Positions 51,853 to 64,000 of a stretch of 64,000 nucleotides of DNA are shown piece after piece. A program made the position numbers and the translations under genes. The notes beneath the pieces are model-generated. The model was not told the DNA's origin. It searched no databases and saw only the letters and a list, made by a program, of their open reading frames with translations. Source of the DNA: Octopus sinensis. Lineage: Eukaryota. The first letter of the stretch is position 1, and the number at the start of each line of letters is the position of its first letter. Where the stretch lies: the NCBI RefSeq assembly GCF_006345805.1, contig NC_043003.1:58900001-58964000 (forward strand). Direction: 5' to 3'.

Positions 51853-52040
51853 TATCTGACAAGTTAAAAAGGTGAATATATATATATATATATATATACA
51901 TACATATATATCTGACAAGTTAAAAAGGTGACTTATTCGCAATTAGAACCTAAGGTTAAAATTAATAGAGGTCACAAAAGTGACAGTGGGGACTGACTAG
52001 CACTGCTTTTGCTAAAAATAAGAGTTAAAACAGCACAAAA

Positions 52041-52118
<78 letters not shown>

Positions 52119-52569
52119 GATACACACTCACAAACACACTCATAAATATCGAATATATAGGGTATCGAATAAATAAATATCGAATATATCGAGTATATAG
52201 GGGCAGCAGTGGATGTGTGGCTTCGAGTTGGACGAAAGGGAAAGTCTACCGCGATGGAATTTAAACTCAGAACGTAGCGGCAGACGAAATACCTATTTCT
52301 TTACTACCCACAAGGCTATGTAGCAAGAAGCCTGCTTTCCAACTGCATGTTTTCGGATCTTATGCATGTGAATATATATGTATGTGTGTGTGTATGTGTG
52401 AACATATATGCATGTATATGCATACATGCATATATAAATATGCTATATATATATATGCGTAGATGCGTGTGTATTTATGTATATGTATTTATATCTCTAT
52501 GTATGTATATACATATATATATATGTATGTCTGTATGTTTGTAAGAATGTATGTACGTACGTACGCATG

Positions 52570-52603
<34 letters not shown>

Positions 52604-53017
52604 TGTATGTATGTATGTATCTGTCTATGTATCTATGTATCTATGTATGTATCTATTTATCTATCTATCTATTTAAATATCTATTTATCTGTTGATGTAT
52701 GCATCATTTTATGTGTGTGTATGTGTGCTTATACGTGCATATATAGAAGCGCATGCGTAATAACACAAATTCAGTGCAGTTTCATAATTTGAAGAACGCC
52801 TAACATTCCATAAAATATAATTTTTACGTAGAATATTTTTAAAAACGCAAATGTATACATGTTTTTATATATCTATATGTGTTAACTAGCTTCGTTCCCT
52901 AGCGAATGGTTCAGTTTCAGTGCCAATGCGTGGTACTAGAAGCAAGTCTCTTCTGCAACGGCCCCGGGACGACCGAACACTTGCGAGTGGATTCTGTGGA
53001 CGGAAAGTGAAAGAAGC

Positions 53018-53062
<45 letters not shown>

Positions 53063-53223
53063 TGTGTGTGCGTGTGAGTGTGTTTGTGTGTGTATGCACA
53101 CACACGCGCGCGCACTTGTACACACGTACACACACACATGTATGTATGTGTGTGTATTCACACATACATGTGTGTGTGTATATATATATATATATTATAT
53201 ATATATATACATACATATATATA

Positions 53224-53255
<32 letters not shown>

Positions 53256-53269
53256 TACATATATATATA

Positions 53270-53305
<36 letters not shown>

Positions 53306-55194
53306 ATATATATCGGGCCTCTTTTAGTTTCCGTCTACCTAATCCACTCAAAATTTTAGACGGCCCGGGGTTATGCCAAATTTCCACCCACCGTGATAGG
53401 ATCCGAAAACATGTAGTTTGAAAGCAGGCTTCTTGCTACACAGCCATGCCTATACACCTACATGCAAGTAGACACATATATTTTTACGTATATACATGTT
53501 TAAATATATATATATACACAAATATATACAAACATGGATACATACACACTCACACACACACATACACACGCACACGCACACACACACATGTATGTATATG
53601 TATACATATGCATCGATATTTGTATAATTGGACGTTCTCCGTTCATTTTTTTTAATATTTCAAATATTTTATACATAAAATGATCAAATATTTCAACGAA
53701 ATTATCCTTATTTTAACGAAAATAACTTTGTTTTCTTTCAAAATATATGTGAATTATTTGTAAAAATTTTCTGATGTAGTTAGCATCATAATTAACGTAA
53801 TGATAATTCATTATATGGAGAAAAAAAGTTAATTTCTTCACAGAAATTACAGTGAACTCTGTATTTTGGGATCATAAAATTTTAGAATTGTAATATTTTT
53901 TCAAATATTCTTGCACAATTTGCACGTAATTATATAATTCTTTCAAACTTAATTAACCATAAATATTCAAAATAGTTGGATTTTTTTTAATGGGGGTGTA
54001 TTACGTAAAGAAACATGTTAAGTTTCACCCAACTTGAAAATCTCCTCCAGGCACAAAGTTTGAAAACCCCGCCGGTGTTCACTAGTACTTCTTAATTATC
54101 TCCCTTTGATACACATTCTGTTGAATTGTTGCGTTTTATTCCTTTGGCAAAATCTTTTAACACTAGGTCTATGATTTCGAACCTTAATTATCTGAATTTG
54201 CAAAATCTGTTGTTATCCTTATTTTTTCATAATTTTTAGACAGTATTTTCTTTGTCTTTTTATATATTTTTAAATATTATTCCAACGCATACACACACTT
54301 CTCTAGAAAATGAAAAGCTGTTTATTTTTGTTAATATATTATGGGCATTTCTAAATAGCAAACGTTTTCTCGAAAAACCGCGTCACACTTTTCTATTTAT
54401 TATCTCTGAACATACAACCATTCCTTTCAAATCACCATTTGTGGAATAAATATATCTGTTTTAACTTTTAAACACAGTTCACACACTTTCTATTCTCTGT
54501 AGAAAACAAACATTTTAAATAATCGAACACATATTAGCGTCATTTCTAAGTGTCGTCTATTGTCTGATTGACTTTGTATGATGGATAAGTTTGATGCCTT
54601 GTGCCTGATAGATATTGTTTCTTCTACTAGTTTCTTTTTGTTTATTTTCCTCATTTAATCACCTCTGTATAGTTGAAAAGTTGTTGACAGAAAACAGGAC
54701 TTTTTTTTTAATCTTTCTTTGTTGGTCTTTGAAAGCAATAGAAAAGTCATGTTAAACATCAATTCATTGTGGATTCATAAAGTGAAAAACAAGTTTGAGG
54801 TTTTCAGACTCATGCTGTATTCTTCATGTTGTTGTCTTTTTTTGAAATTTTATTTTTATTGTGTATGTGTGTATTTCTGGGGTTAAGGGGTTAGGGGAAG
54901 AGAGTGGAAGGAGCAAACATGGGAGAGGTGAGATTCTATTTGTAATTATGAATAGGGTTACTGGTAGCAGATTCATTTGCAAAATGCTGAAAGAACGCTA
55001 AAGGAAATTAACTGAATGTAAGGAACAACGCGTCACTGCTGTTGCATTTACAACTTCAACTGATGTGGATTTTCTCTTCAACAAATGAAGAAACAATGAA
55101 CAAACCAAAAAGAAAACTCCAAACATACATTGTCCGCACAGATTTGTTTTATTCCTTTTGTTTACCACCTTTTACATTCTGCTTACTATATATG

Positions 55195-55245
<51 letters not shown>

Positions 55246-57660
55246 ATACCTTTTTCTTCTTTCTTTTTAGCTTCCATTTTTTTTCCTTCAATCACACTGT
55301 AAGATTGTTTTAAAGAAAAGAAAAGAAGAACTTGCTTATCGTTACGCCTTCTTTTATAGAATGTTGCTTTTCAGCTAGCCAAAAACGAACCAAATACAGC
55401 AGAAGGGGGGTAGGAGATATACATCTTGTATACTCATTTATTTCTTCTTGGGCGTGATTAAAAAAAGGAAAAAGAAAAGAAAACTCGAGTAGTGTCCACT
55501 CAATTAACGACAGTTTTTTCCCTTTCTTGGCAACCTCTCCTTCAGAATACTACAGTTGAGATGATGGTGGCACAAGTCAGATCAGTTCTGTTCCCATGAG
55601 TATTAGTCGCTTATGTTCCCTGCAGATATTTTTCTCTCCATTTCTTTTTTTTCCATGGTTCTTCCTTCGAACCCTTCAACGCGTCGGTTAGGTTTCTTGT
55701 ATTGAATTGGAACACGGGTTGGGAAAGAGAGTATAGGTGGTCTGGTTTGCTGAATTAGCCTGGAAGATGGCGTAGTTCCGCAGGTGTCTTTAAGTCGGTC
55801 TATAACGTACGCTACTTGTTCTTACAGATCTGCTATATCCACTTGAATTAGGGATGTTGGAATAAACGACACCATGCCTCGCTTTATTTAGGAACATACG
55901 CCACGTGCTGTCTCGCACCACCGTTAGACACTCTATTCACAAGTTGGTCGAAGATATGGAAAAAAGCGAAGCTAAATTACTGTTTGGGACCTATAGTTGG
56001 CGTGCATAGAATTTCTAACACTCCCGCCGGTTCTGAGTCCTATTAAAATGCATCTTTTCCAGCTGTTCGGACAGCCTTATTTATTTTTTTACATTTTTTT
56101 TTTATATTTCGTACATTGAAACCTTCTTTTTTGTCCCCCACCCCACTCCCCACTCTTTCTCACTCTTCTTGCTTGGCACTGGGACCATTAATTTGCACGT
56201 CCCGAAATCTTTTCTTTTTCTCTTCCCACTTTGCGTTTCTTTTTCTTTTTTCCTTTTTCTCTTTTTCTTTATAAGGTTTGTTATCAGGGTTGAATTGTTG
56301 AAGCGTTTATTGAAGAAAGAAAGTTTCGCTTTCACCTTTCGTTTTTTACCTCTTTATCTAAACTTCTTTTTTTACTTTCCCTAAGTTACTTCTGTCTCCA
56401 ATTATCGTTAGTAAACTCTCTCAGACACTTCTTCCCCTTCTTTTGAACACAAATGCAAACTCTTCCATATTTCCTTTATTAATCTCATTCACACTTGTTT
56501 TCGTTTTCATCTTTTGCATTATTGCAATTTGAATTCGTATTCTTCTCCGATAGATTTCTTTTCACGCCCTTTTTTTTTTCTTTTAAAAAATCTATTCTCA
56601 AATCTTTTTTCCCCTCCGTTCATTTTCATTCTTTTGTTTTCTTCTTCGTCAGTTATTCATTTTTTTCCACATTTTGTATTCTGCATTTGCATCTTTCTTT
56701 TTTACATGTTCGTAAAATTTGTACCTTCAACTCAACAATTGAATGCAACAAACAGCCGCACATGCGCAGCCACACTCACAAACCAGCAGTTTATGTCAAA
56801 TGCAGAATGTTTTATTCAAGTTTTTTCTTCCTCTTTCAATCATATTTACTAATATTTTTTTAAATACATGCATTTACGACTCTTAATCTCACAAATTTTA
56901 AGTGACGATTGTGTTTACACAGTAATTTTGATTTCCTTTTCTTTTCTTTTGTTAACTTTAACAGGAAGAATGTTCTTAAAATGGTTGACACAGAACATAA
57001 ATAAAAGAAAGTAAATCAAAACGCTATTTCAAACTCGTTCAAACAAAAATTAGCAGACTATGGGATCACATATTAAACGTTTAATTTGTAATTTCAAACA
57101 ATTTTAACAGAATATAACAAAAACTCTCCGTAATTTGTTAACAGTTTTATTTACTGGAAATTTTTATGTTATTTTCTCAAGAAACGTTCGATTCTATATT
57201 CTGAGTTTATGGTTTAAATTTTGTTGTTATAATATGAGAACTAAATTATTATTCTTGTCTTTTTAAGGAAGTGAAAAAAAACCCCAAAAACAAACATGGG
57301 AAGGATATTCTCTGCCCAAACATTTCTACATGTTGAGTGGAGTTACATGCAAAAGAGTCACATGATCTTAGACTGGTAGCTAAGTTTCTCTACTATCAAT
57401 TCCTAGAGACAAGTTAGAGTTCTAACAAAAAAAAAAAAAAAACTCTTCTTCAGCACGTGCCAAACAATTATATTTTTTATTAAATAGAAGATAGAAATAA
57501 AAATAGACTAATTAAAACTATACACTAAAATATTGATTAAGTTTATCGAAAATAGTCAAAATTTCAAAACTACTAATTTAAATAACGAATTTTTACATTT
57601 TAATACAAGAAATTAATACAAGCTGATGAGATGGAATGAGCGGTCAATGTCCTTCTTATT

Positions 57661-57699
57661 TGAGTAGTAGTATTAGTATTAGTAGTATTAGTAGTAGTT

Positions 57700-57763
<64 letters not shown>

Positions 57764-58600
57764 CAGTAGTAACAGTAGTAACAACAGTAGTCGTCTGCTA
57801 CAACTGTACTAAGCCGAACGACAACACTCTTTCACAGGTCAGTCATCGTAGTCATTACATGTTTATTGCCTACCAGAGGACTATATTGTATAGCAACAAG
57901 AAGTGATTAACCGTTTGATCTGCTGTGCCCCTGTCTGAACATATTGTATGCTGTCCACTGTTCACCCGATTTTTATACACCTGTAGATCCTGGTAGAACG
58001 CTAGAGATGGTTTTCTCTAGCATTATCTTTGATGATGTCTCTACCGACATAACGTTTGGTGCCAGTCAGTTGCAAGTATTACAGGTACTTTTGAGTGTAT
58101 GCGTATTTTTATATTAGCTTGGGTATGAGTCGGACATAGTACTTTAAAGATGCAATAGCTGTGTTCCGGAATGTTGCGTATGTGTCTATTGTCTTCGAGG
58201 TGGTTTTACTGGTAGTGACGGATAAGATTTGCTGCGACAACAAACTTTGCTCCCCGAATGTTCAATTAGTTATACAGATTTTTATAGCTTCTGTTTCATT
58301 GTATAGGTGCTCTGTGCGTGTGTGTTGCTTTGTGTGAAACCTGTGGTCATAAGGCAACGTGATGTCTTGTACATTTTGTTGATAATTGTGGTTTGCGCTG
58401 GAGAGACTTGAATAACTAGGTACGAATAACAAATTCTAAGATGAATCAACCGTATTTTAAAGTCATTCTTGTGCTACCTTTAAACTGGCCTCGTGGCATG
58501 CTTGTCATTTTATCCCAAGTATGTTTTGTATGCCTCTCATTTTGCTGTCTTTTCCGGTTTCCTATTATGCTGTAAAAGTTATGGAGATATTAAATGACTC
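57661..58600 (-). mobile_element. Decayed I/Nimb-type LINE 3' region with (CTA)n tail
   Basis: Minus-strand broken frames ..TTGF....TEHLYNET..., ..PN.., EKT....K SG and TVNHF..C resemble I/Nimb C-terminal motifs; the (TAG)n at 57661-57792 lies at its 3' end. Confidence 0.45.
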
Positions 58601-58636
58601 CCGAGTATTTTTGCCTTCTCTTTGTGTGTGTGTGTA

Positions 58637-58673
<37 letters not shown>

Positions 58674-58681
58674 ATGTGTGT

Positions 58682-58737
<56 letters not shown>

Positions 58738-58867
58738 ACGTGTGAATGTCTGGCAAATTTATAGTGTTGTTAGTGATATTTGGTGCTATTTTGGTATTAG
58801 CAACTGTTGTAATAGCAGATGTAGCAGTCAAGGCTGTAGCAGCAGAAACAGCAGTAGTAGTTGTTGT

Positions 58868-58870
58868 AGT

Positions 58871-58902
<32 letters not shown>

Positions 58903-59099
58903 GCACCACCATCACCACCACCAACATCACCACCAACAACATCACACCAGCACCAGCACCACCGCCGCCGCCACCACCTCCACCACCACCACCACCACCA
59001 CCACACCACCACCACTACCACCACCACCACCACCACCACCACCACAACCACCACCATCACCACCACCACAACCACCACCATCACCACCACCACCACCAC

Positions 59100-59132
<33 letters not shown>

Positions 59133-59133
59133 G
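58868..59133. repeat. (TAC)n/(CAC)n microsatellite
   Basis: Directly visible. Confidence 0.95.
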
Positions 59134-59149
59134 ATTATAATTTCAAATT

Positions 59150-59340
59150 TTGGCACTAGGCCAGCAATTTCGTAAGCAGATTTCATCGACCCTAGAACTC
59201 GACTGGTACATATTTTATCGACCCCGAAAGAATGAAAAGCAAAGTGAATCTCGGTGGCATTTGACTCAGAACATGAAGACAGGCGAAATGCCGTTAAACA
59301 TTTTCTCTGTCGTGCTAAGGATTTCGACAGCTTGCCGCCT

Positions 59341-59341
<1 letters not shown>
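59150..59341 (-). mobile_element. Degenerate S2 SINE
   Basis: TTTATCGACCCCGAAAGAATGAAAAGCAAAG...GCCGCCTT. Confidence 0.75.
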
Positions 59342-59393
<52 letters not shown>

Positions 59394-59460
59394 TAATAAT
59401 AATAATAATAATATAATAATAATAACAATAATAATAATAATAACAATAATAATAATAATA

Positions 59461-60010
59461 CCTGATGCAGTACCAGACAGTGGCTCTCGTGGCTTTTGAT
59501 CTTAATTGATTATAAGTGTCATCATGTACATTGTTTTGTCTTGGTATAGAAGATGGGCTACAGCAAATATAATGCTCAATACCACAGATATGCTTGTCAG
59601 TTGTTTGACCTTAACCAGTTGAGCATGTCCTTTAGTGGCTGACTATATGTGTATCTCTGATCACGAGCAAAAGTAGTGGGGGAGCATCATAGCCGTGTGT
59701 TGAAAGGAATTCTTGGAGGTCTGAATAATTCACCTTTGGAAGCATGAGTGGTGCGTTCAACATCTTTAAACAATCCTTATTCAGGGACCTTTTGAGCGGG
59801 ATGGGCTACTCGACCAGAAGAAAATTGTAACTGGGCTCCACCTACAAGGTCATGCGCTGTTTATCTTGATATGAGATCACTATGTCGCGCACATTTGGTT
59901 ATGATACATGTGCCTGGTGTACCCTTATCAGGCGGGTAGTCACGATGGGTATTCTGGGCTTCGTATATTTTACCCGTGTCACTTTGATGGCATGCACTGC
60001 TCACTCACTC
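59461..60010. mobile_element. (AAT)n-flanked interspersed repeat, longer copy (~550 bp)
   Basis: Homologous to 5675-6046; (AAT)n on the left and (CAA)(TAA)n on the right. Confidence 0.75.
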
Positions 60011-60254
60011 AGTCACAACAACAACAATAATAATAATCCTTTCTACTATAAGCACAAGGGCTGAAACTTGGTGAGAAGAGACTAGGAGGCTAGTCGATTA
60101 CATCGACCCTTGAAAGGATGAAAGGTAAATTCGACCTCGGTGGAATAATATTAGACTTGATAGACAGTACCCCTACCCCGTGGATACAGTATCAACAACA
60201 TCACAATATTCGATACTGTGCGACGTCTCAAATGATTATAATAACAACAACAGT

Positions 60255-60460
60255 AATGGCACAAGGTCATCAACTTCGGAAGAGGGGGAAAGTCGATTAC
60301 ATCGAACCCGGTGTTCAATTGGTACTTTTTTTTATCAATCCCGAAAGCATAAAAGGCAAAGTCTACATCGGTGGGATTTGAACTCGGAACTTAAAAAACG
60401 GACAAAATGTCACTATGCTTTTTTGTCTGGCGTGCTAACGATTCTGCCAGCTCGCCAGCT
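60255..60460 (-). mobile_element. Degenerate S2 SINE
   Basis: S2 core and head motifs. Confidence 0.7.
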
Positions 60461-62694
60461 TGGCACACGCTGTAAATTCCCTGATGATATCCACGCTTAC
60501 TACCCATCCGTGCATCATCCAAACAGCCTACCCGCACCAGAAACCGTGAAAGTGTCCTCCTATACGGATACGATAATTTTGTGTACCTCATCAGCAACAA
60601 AACGAAACAGTTCTCACATCGAGCAAATATCATTGCGTCCTCACCCTCATTCATGAACAGCATGCAACTGGAACCCTCAGGATAACTTTAAATGTTGAGC
60701 TTACTCCAAGCATCCCAATGACTGTCTTTTCTCTTCTAGATCAGAAAGTACTTAATTCTCAACTACCAGTGACGCCCTACTAAGCTCAGTTGAGGATTAA
60801 AATAGAATATTACTTCCCCAGAAAAGATCCACCCGACTGATTGATGTAAACTCATAGACATTCTTCACCGTAAGCACCACAGGTGCAATATCTAATTTTT
60901 CTTCCCTTTCTAAGACTAATATAATAGCCGCTGATCTGGGCTCATAATGACCGTTGGCTGGGCTCATGCCATATCCTCTGGGCATTCTCGATACCCATCT
61001 CTTTTCACATTACCTTTATTGTACCTAACACCTCAGATCTTGCGCTAACCACTATGCTGTCTTTCCACACAGATACTGGTTTGCAATAGTTCAGGAGAGA
61101 CATTAAATGCTTCATTCTCGCTGCTGGCGGAGGGCTTGCGAGGGCGACAGGCACTGCCTCTTTCTCTAGAACCAATTAGTAAAAAATGTCTCAAATAGGC
61201 TTGTATGAGGTACTATCTCAACCGACATATGAAACGTCATATGAGTGACCTCCCACTTCGACCATGATAACGATGGTATTCTATGGATAGGATTTGTGAT
61301 CTCTACGGAGTAGTGAAAAACAAGCGAGAAAGACAATGACAGCGAGAACAATATTACAATCAACTCGGAAGCTCGAATGCTGATTTCAGTTGACTAATGC
61401 TAGCTTGTTTTCCCATTTAGAGGCTTTTGCTCCGTGAACAGATTAAATGACCACCAATTGTAGGTATTTTGATGCATATATTTGGTCTCTCACGGTCTTA
61501 ACTTTCCATCTCATGAAGAGAAATGTAGTCTTTGCAGAGAGAAGAACTATAGAAAATATATCTGACAAACAACAAATATATTTAATCACCGTCCACCAAG
61601 AAGCTCTGCGGATATCAAAATGCATACCGAGACATCCTCAACCACGGTTTCTCAAGCCCTCTAAGAATGGGGTGCTGATAATTGATAAAAATTGTGGCTA
61701 GCAAAAAAATGACCTTCCTATGAACAAAATAGGAGTCCCCTGCAATCTGGTCAGACACAATATGGTGAGAGGCACATTTTTATACGATAAATAGGGGTGT
61801 TAGCTGCATACTTACCGAATAAGATGAGGGCGGCCAGTATCCACTTAAGCAGACCACGAAATTGATGTGCTTAGCTTCTTGTTCGTTTCATATCTCCAGC
61901 TAGATAGGAAATGGGATGAGGTGACAAGAAGTTTGGTTAATCTTATCCAGAAATAGCCTGAATGGTGCTATACTGGAAGTGTGGCGAACGTGTACATCAT
62001 CTTTCTGACTTATTACCACCTGACCGTTGTGTCTTACTCCAGTTTTGATTTCACCACGTTGGATCAATTGTGATTCTCTTTCTTGAAAGGACACATCCAA
62101 CTAGTTATAGTGTTCCTCTACTGCCATCACCTTTTACTCGGATTACTTGTGATGCTGTGGTCTACGTCGGCACGTGATGGTGCTGTGACATCTGCAAAAA
62201 TTTTGATAAGCGTATATATGTGTGGTCGCAGTGTGTCAGACATGGTTTTCCACTGATAGTCATTTTGGATGAGTGTTAGTTCTAGGATTTAATAAACCTT
62301 TTAGAAGACACTAATTATGCACTTACAAGAGAGCGCAAGCAGATCAACGGGTCCAAATAGCAGAGGTACAGCATATTGTGCACTTCCAAGTAGGTACATG
62401 CGATTTTACAGAAGCGTTTTATGGAACTGTTTGCGGTGAAAAGTTAGATGAAGTCAATAGGAACTTTGATGTCAAGCTGATGGCTTGTCACAAATTTTGG
62501 TCGAAGACGCCAATCGCTGAGAATTACCGACTTAGGGGATAAAATAACGCACATGTTGAGCAGCAGTAAAATCTGCAAATCGCCTGAGCAGAGAATTCAC
62601 CTCATACAACCCGTACATAAAACCGATAATATACAAAGCAGAGAAATGAAGGTAAAGAGTAGGAAATGGTATTACAGAAGAGTCAAGTTATATT

Positions 62695-62907
62695 CTTTTC
62701 TTCTCTAGGCACAATGCCCGAAATTTTGGGGGAGGAGCCAGTCGATTAGATCGGCCCCAGTATGCAACTAGTATTTAATTTATCGACCCCGAAAGGATGA
62801 AGAGCAATGTCGACCTCGGTGGAATTTGAACTCAGAACGTAGCAGCAGACGAAATACCGCAAAGCATTTCGCCTGGCGTGCTAACGTTTTTGCCAGCTGA
62901 CCACCTT
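62695..62907 (-). mobile_element. S2 SINE (tail B) with perfect 17-bp TSD
   Basis: AAGAGTCAAGTTATATT at 62678-62694 and 62908-62924. Confidence 0.93.
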
Positions 62908-63785
62908 AAGAGTCAAGTTATATTAAAAGTAGAATATAAAAAAGCTAAATCGCTTGATCTGGATGATCAACTCTGCAAACTTTATCATAACATCAGATTT
63001 GCTCTGTGCCCGCTGGAATTATAGAAATTAGCAGCTTAGGTGAACAGATGAAGGTGACGTTGTTAGGGAAGGCTCGGAGCAAGGGAGACATGGCAGACAA
63101 CTAGTCCCGTAACTCTGTAACACATTTCGATGAAGTGATGCCAAAAGTTGGTGCTTGACTTTGGTAGTATAGTCTAAAGCGCGCAAATGTGTGAGATGTC
63201 TGTTAGACCTTTTCCTTACAACATCCACTAAATGGATTGGGACAGACTTGGCTTCGGTGAGGTTCTGTTTAGTTTAGATCAGTAGAAAATTAATACTTAA
63301 TGTAAGCGTCTACATTTACTATGATATTTTGTAGATGGATGTAGTTATTATACTGTGGCCTTTCGCAACTAGTCTCAAATGTTCTGCTATTTGGCTTTAG
63401 TTCAGAGATTTTGAGCCAACATTTGCTTTTATTCTCTGACTTACAAGATATTGGTCCTTGAGTGGTTTTCTCTACATGTTTTTTTCAATATATTTGCGAA
63501 AACACGTCCAGTTGTTTTGGGTTTATCTAAATCTGTCGTTTCAACACATATGACGCACGTTTCATGTTCCTTATACTTAGCGGCTTTGCTACATTCTTAG
63601 TATTTCTCAAGACCTGCTGTTGCTGTTTTGTATTCATTTTGTATTCGTATCAGAGACCTTGTGTGTGAGGTAGGTATATTCTAACTACATCAGCTTTGGC
63701 ATGGTAGCTTCCGAAGTCTATGAGAAGTATTTTTCCAATGTCTAAATATCTCAACTCCCTTCAAATCAGGTTTCCAGCTAAATAC

Positions 63786-64000
63786 TGGGTTGTCCGGAAA
63801 GTTCGTGTTGATTTTTAAAGGAAAGAAAATGGTCAATAAATACTTGCCATTACATTTTTAATCAACCAAATATGAACCATTTTGTTGCACAATGCGTCTC
63901 CATCTTTCCTTTAACTTGAGAATACCCTCTTCCCAGAATTGAGGTGGTTTCATGGCAAAGAATTCATCAAGGTATCTTTTTACGTCATCCAAGGAATTAC
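63786..64000 (-). mobile_element. mariner element end (same family as 9988-10557), cut by the window edge
   Basis: TGGGTTGTCCGGAAAGTTCGTG..GATTTTTAAAGGAAAGAAAATGGTC is nearly identical to 9989-10190. Confidence 0.9.

Noticed and set aside
52314-53445. 48-bp inverted repeat 1 kb apart
   Set aside because: Both arms are S1 SINE head fragments, so this is at most a minor local duplication.
58746-59159. ORF with signal-peptide-like start followed by T/P/H runs (mucin-like)
   Set aside because: It arises from degenerate (GTA/GCA/CAC)n repeats; there is no splice or other coding evidence.
60470-60700. SYTDT segment resembling the RT YADD motif
   Set aside because: Too degenerate to call; possibly an old LINE remnant.

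Overview
AT-rich, microsatellite-saturated eukaryotic DNA with one 100-N assembly gap (49538-49637) and no confidently identifiable intact host gene. Almost all ORFs in the supplied track are translations of simple repeats. The repeat content (tRNA-derived CORE-like and Nin/Deu-domain-like SINEs with (TA)n/(CA)n/(TATC)n tracts) looks like a coleoid cephalopod, probably an octopus; this is an inference. The window holds at least four SINE families, mariner/Tigger/Tc2 MITEs, two non-autonomous Helitron-like elements, fragments of CR1/L2-, RTE- and I/Nimb-type LINEs, and a decayed Penelope-like (PLE) GIY-YIG ORF. The most interesting signal is more than a dozen type-I hammerhead-ribozyme-like motifs. 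They sit in short non-coding elements, mostly next to (TA)n, often as head-to-head foldbacks, and several carry recurrent non-canonical cores (A6U, U4C, U3-A8). Also notable: three SINE insertions delimited by four copies of one 19-bp target, a recurrent fixed SINE multimer junction, a possible PAN/apple-like terminal exon, a possible microexon chain and an NRF1-motif promoter candidate. All family assignments come from motif recognition by eye, not database searches.
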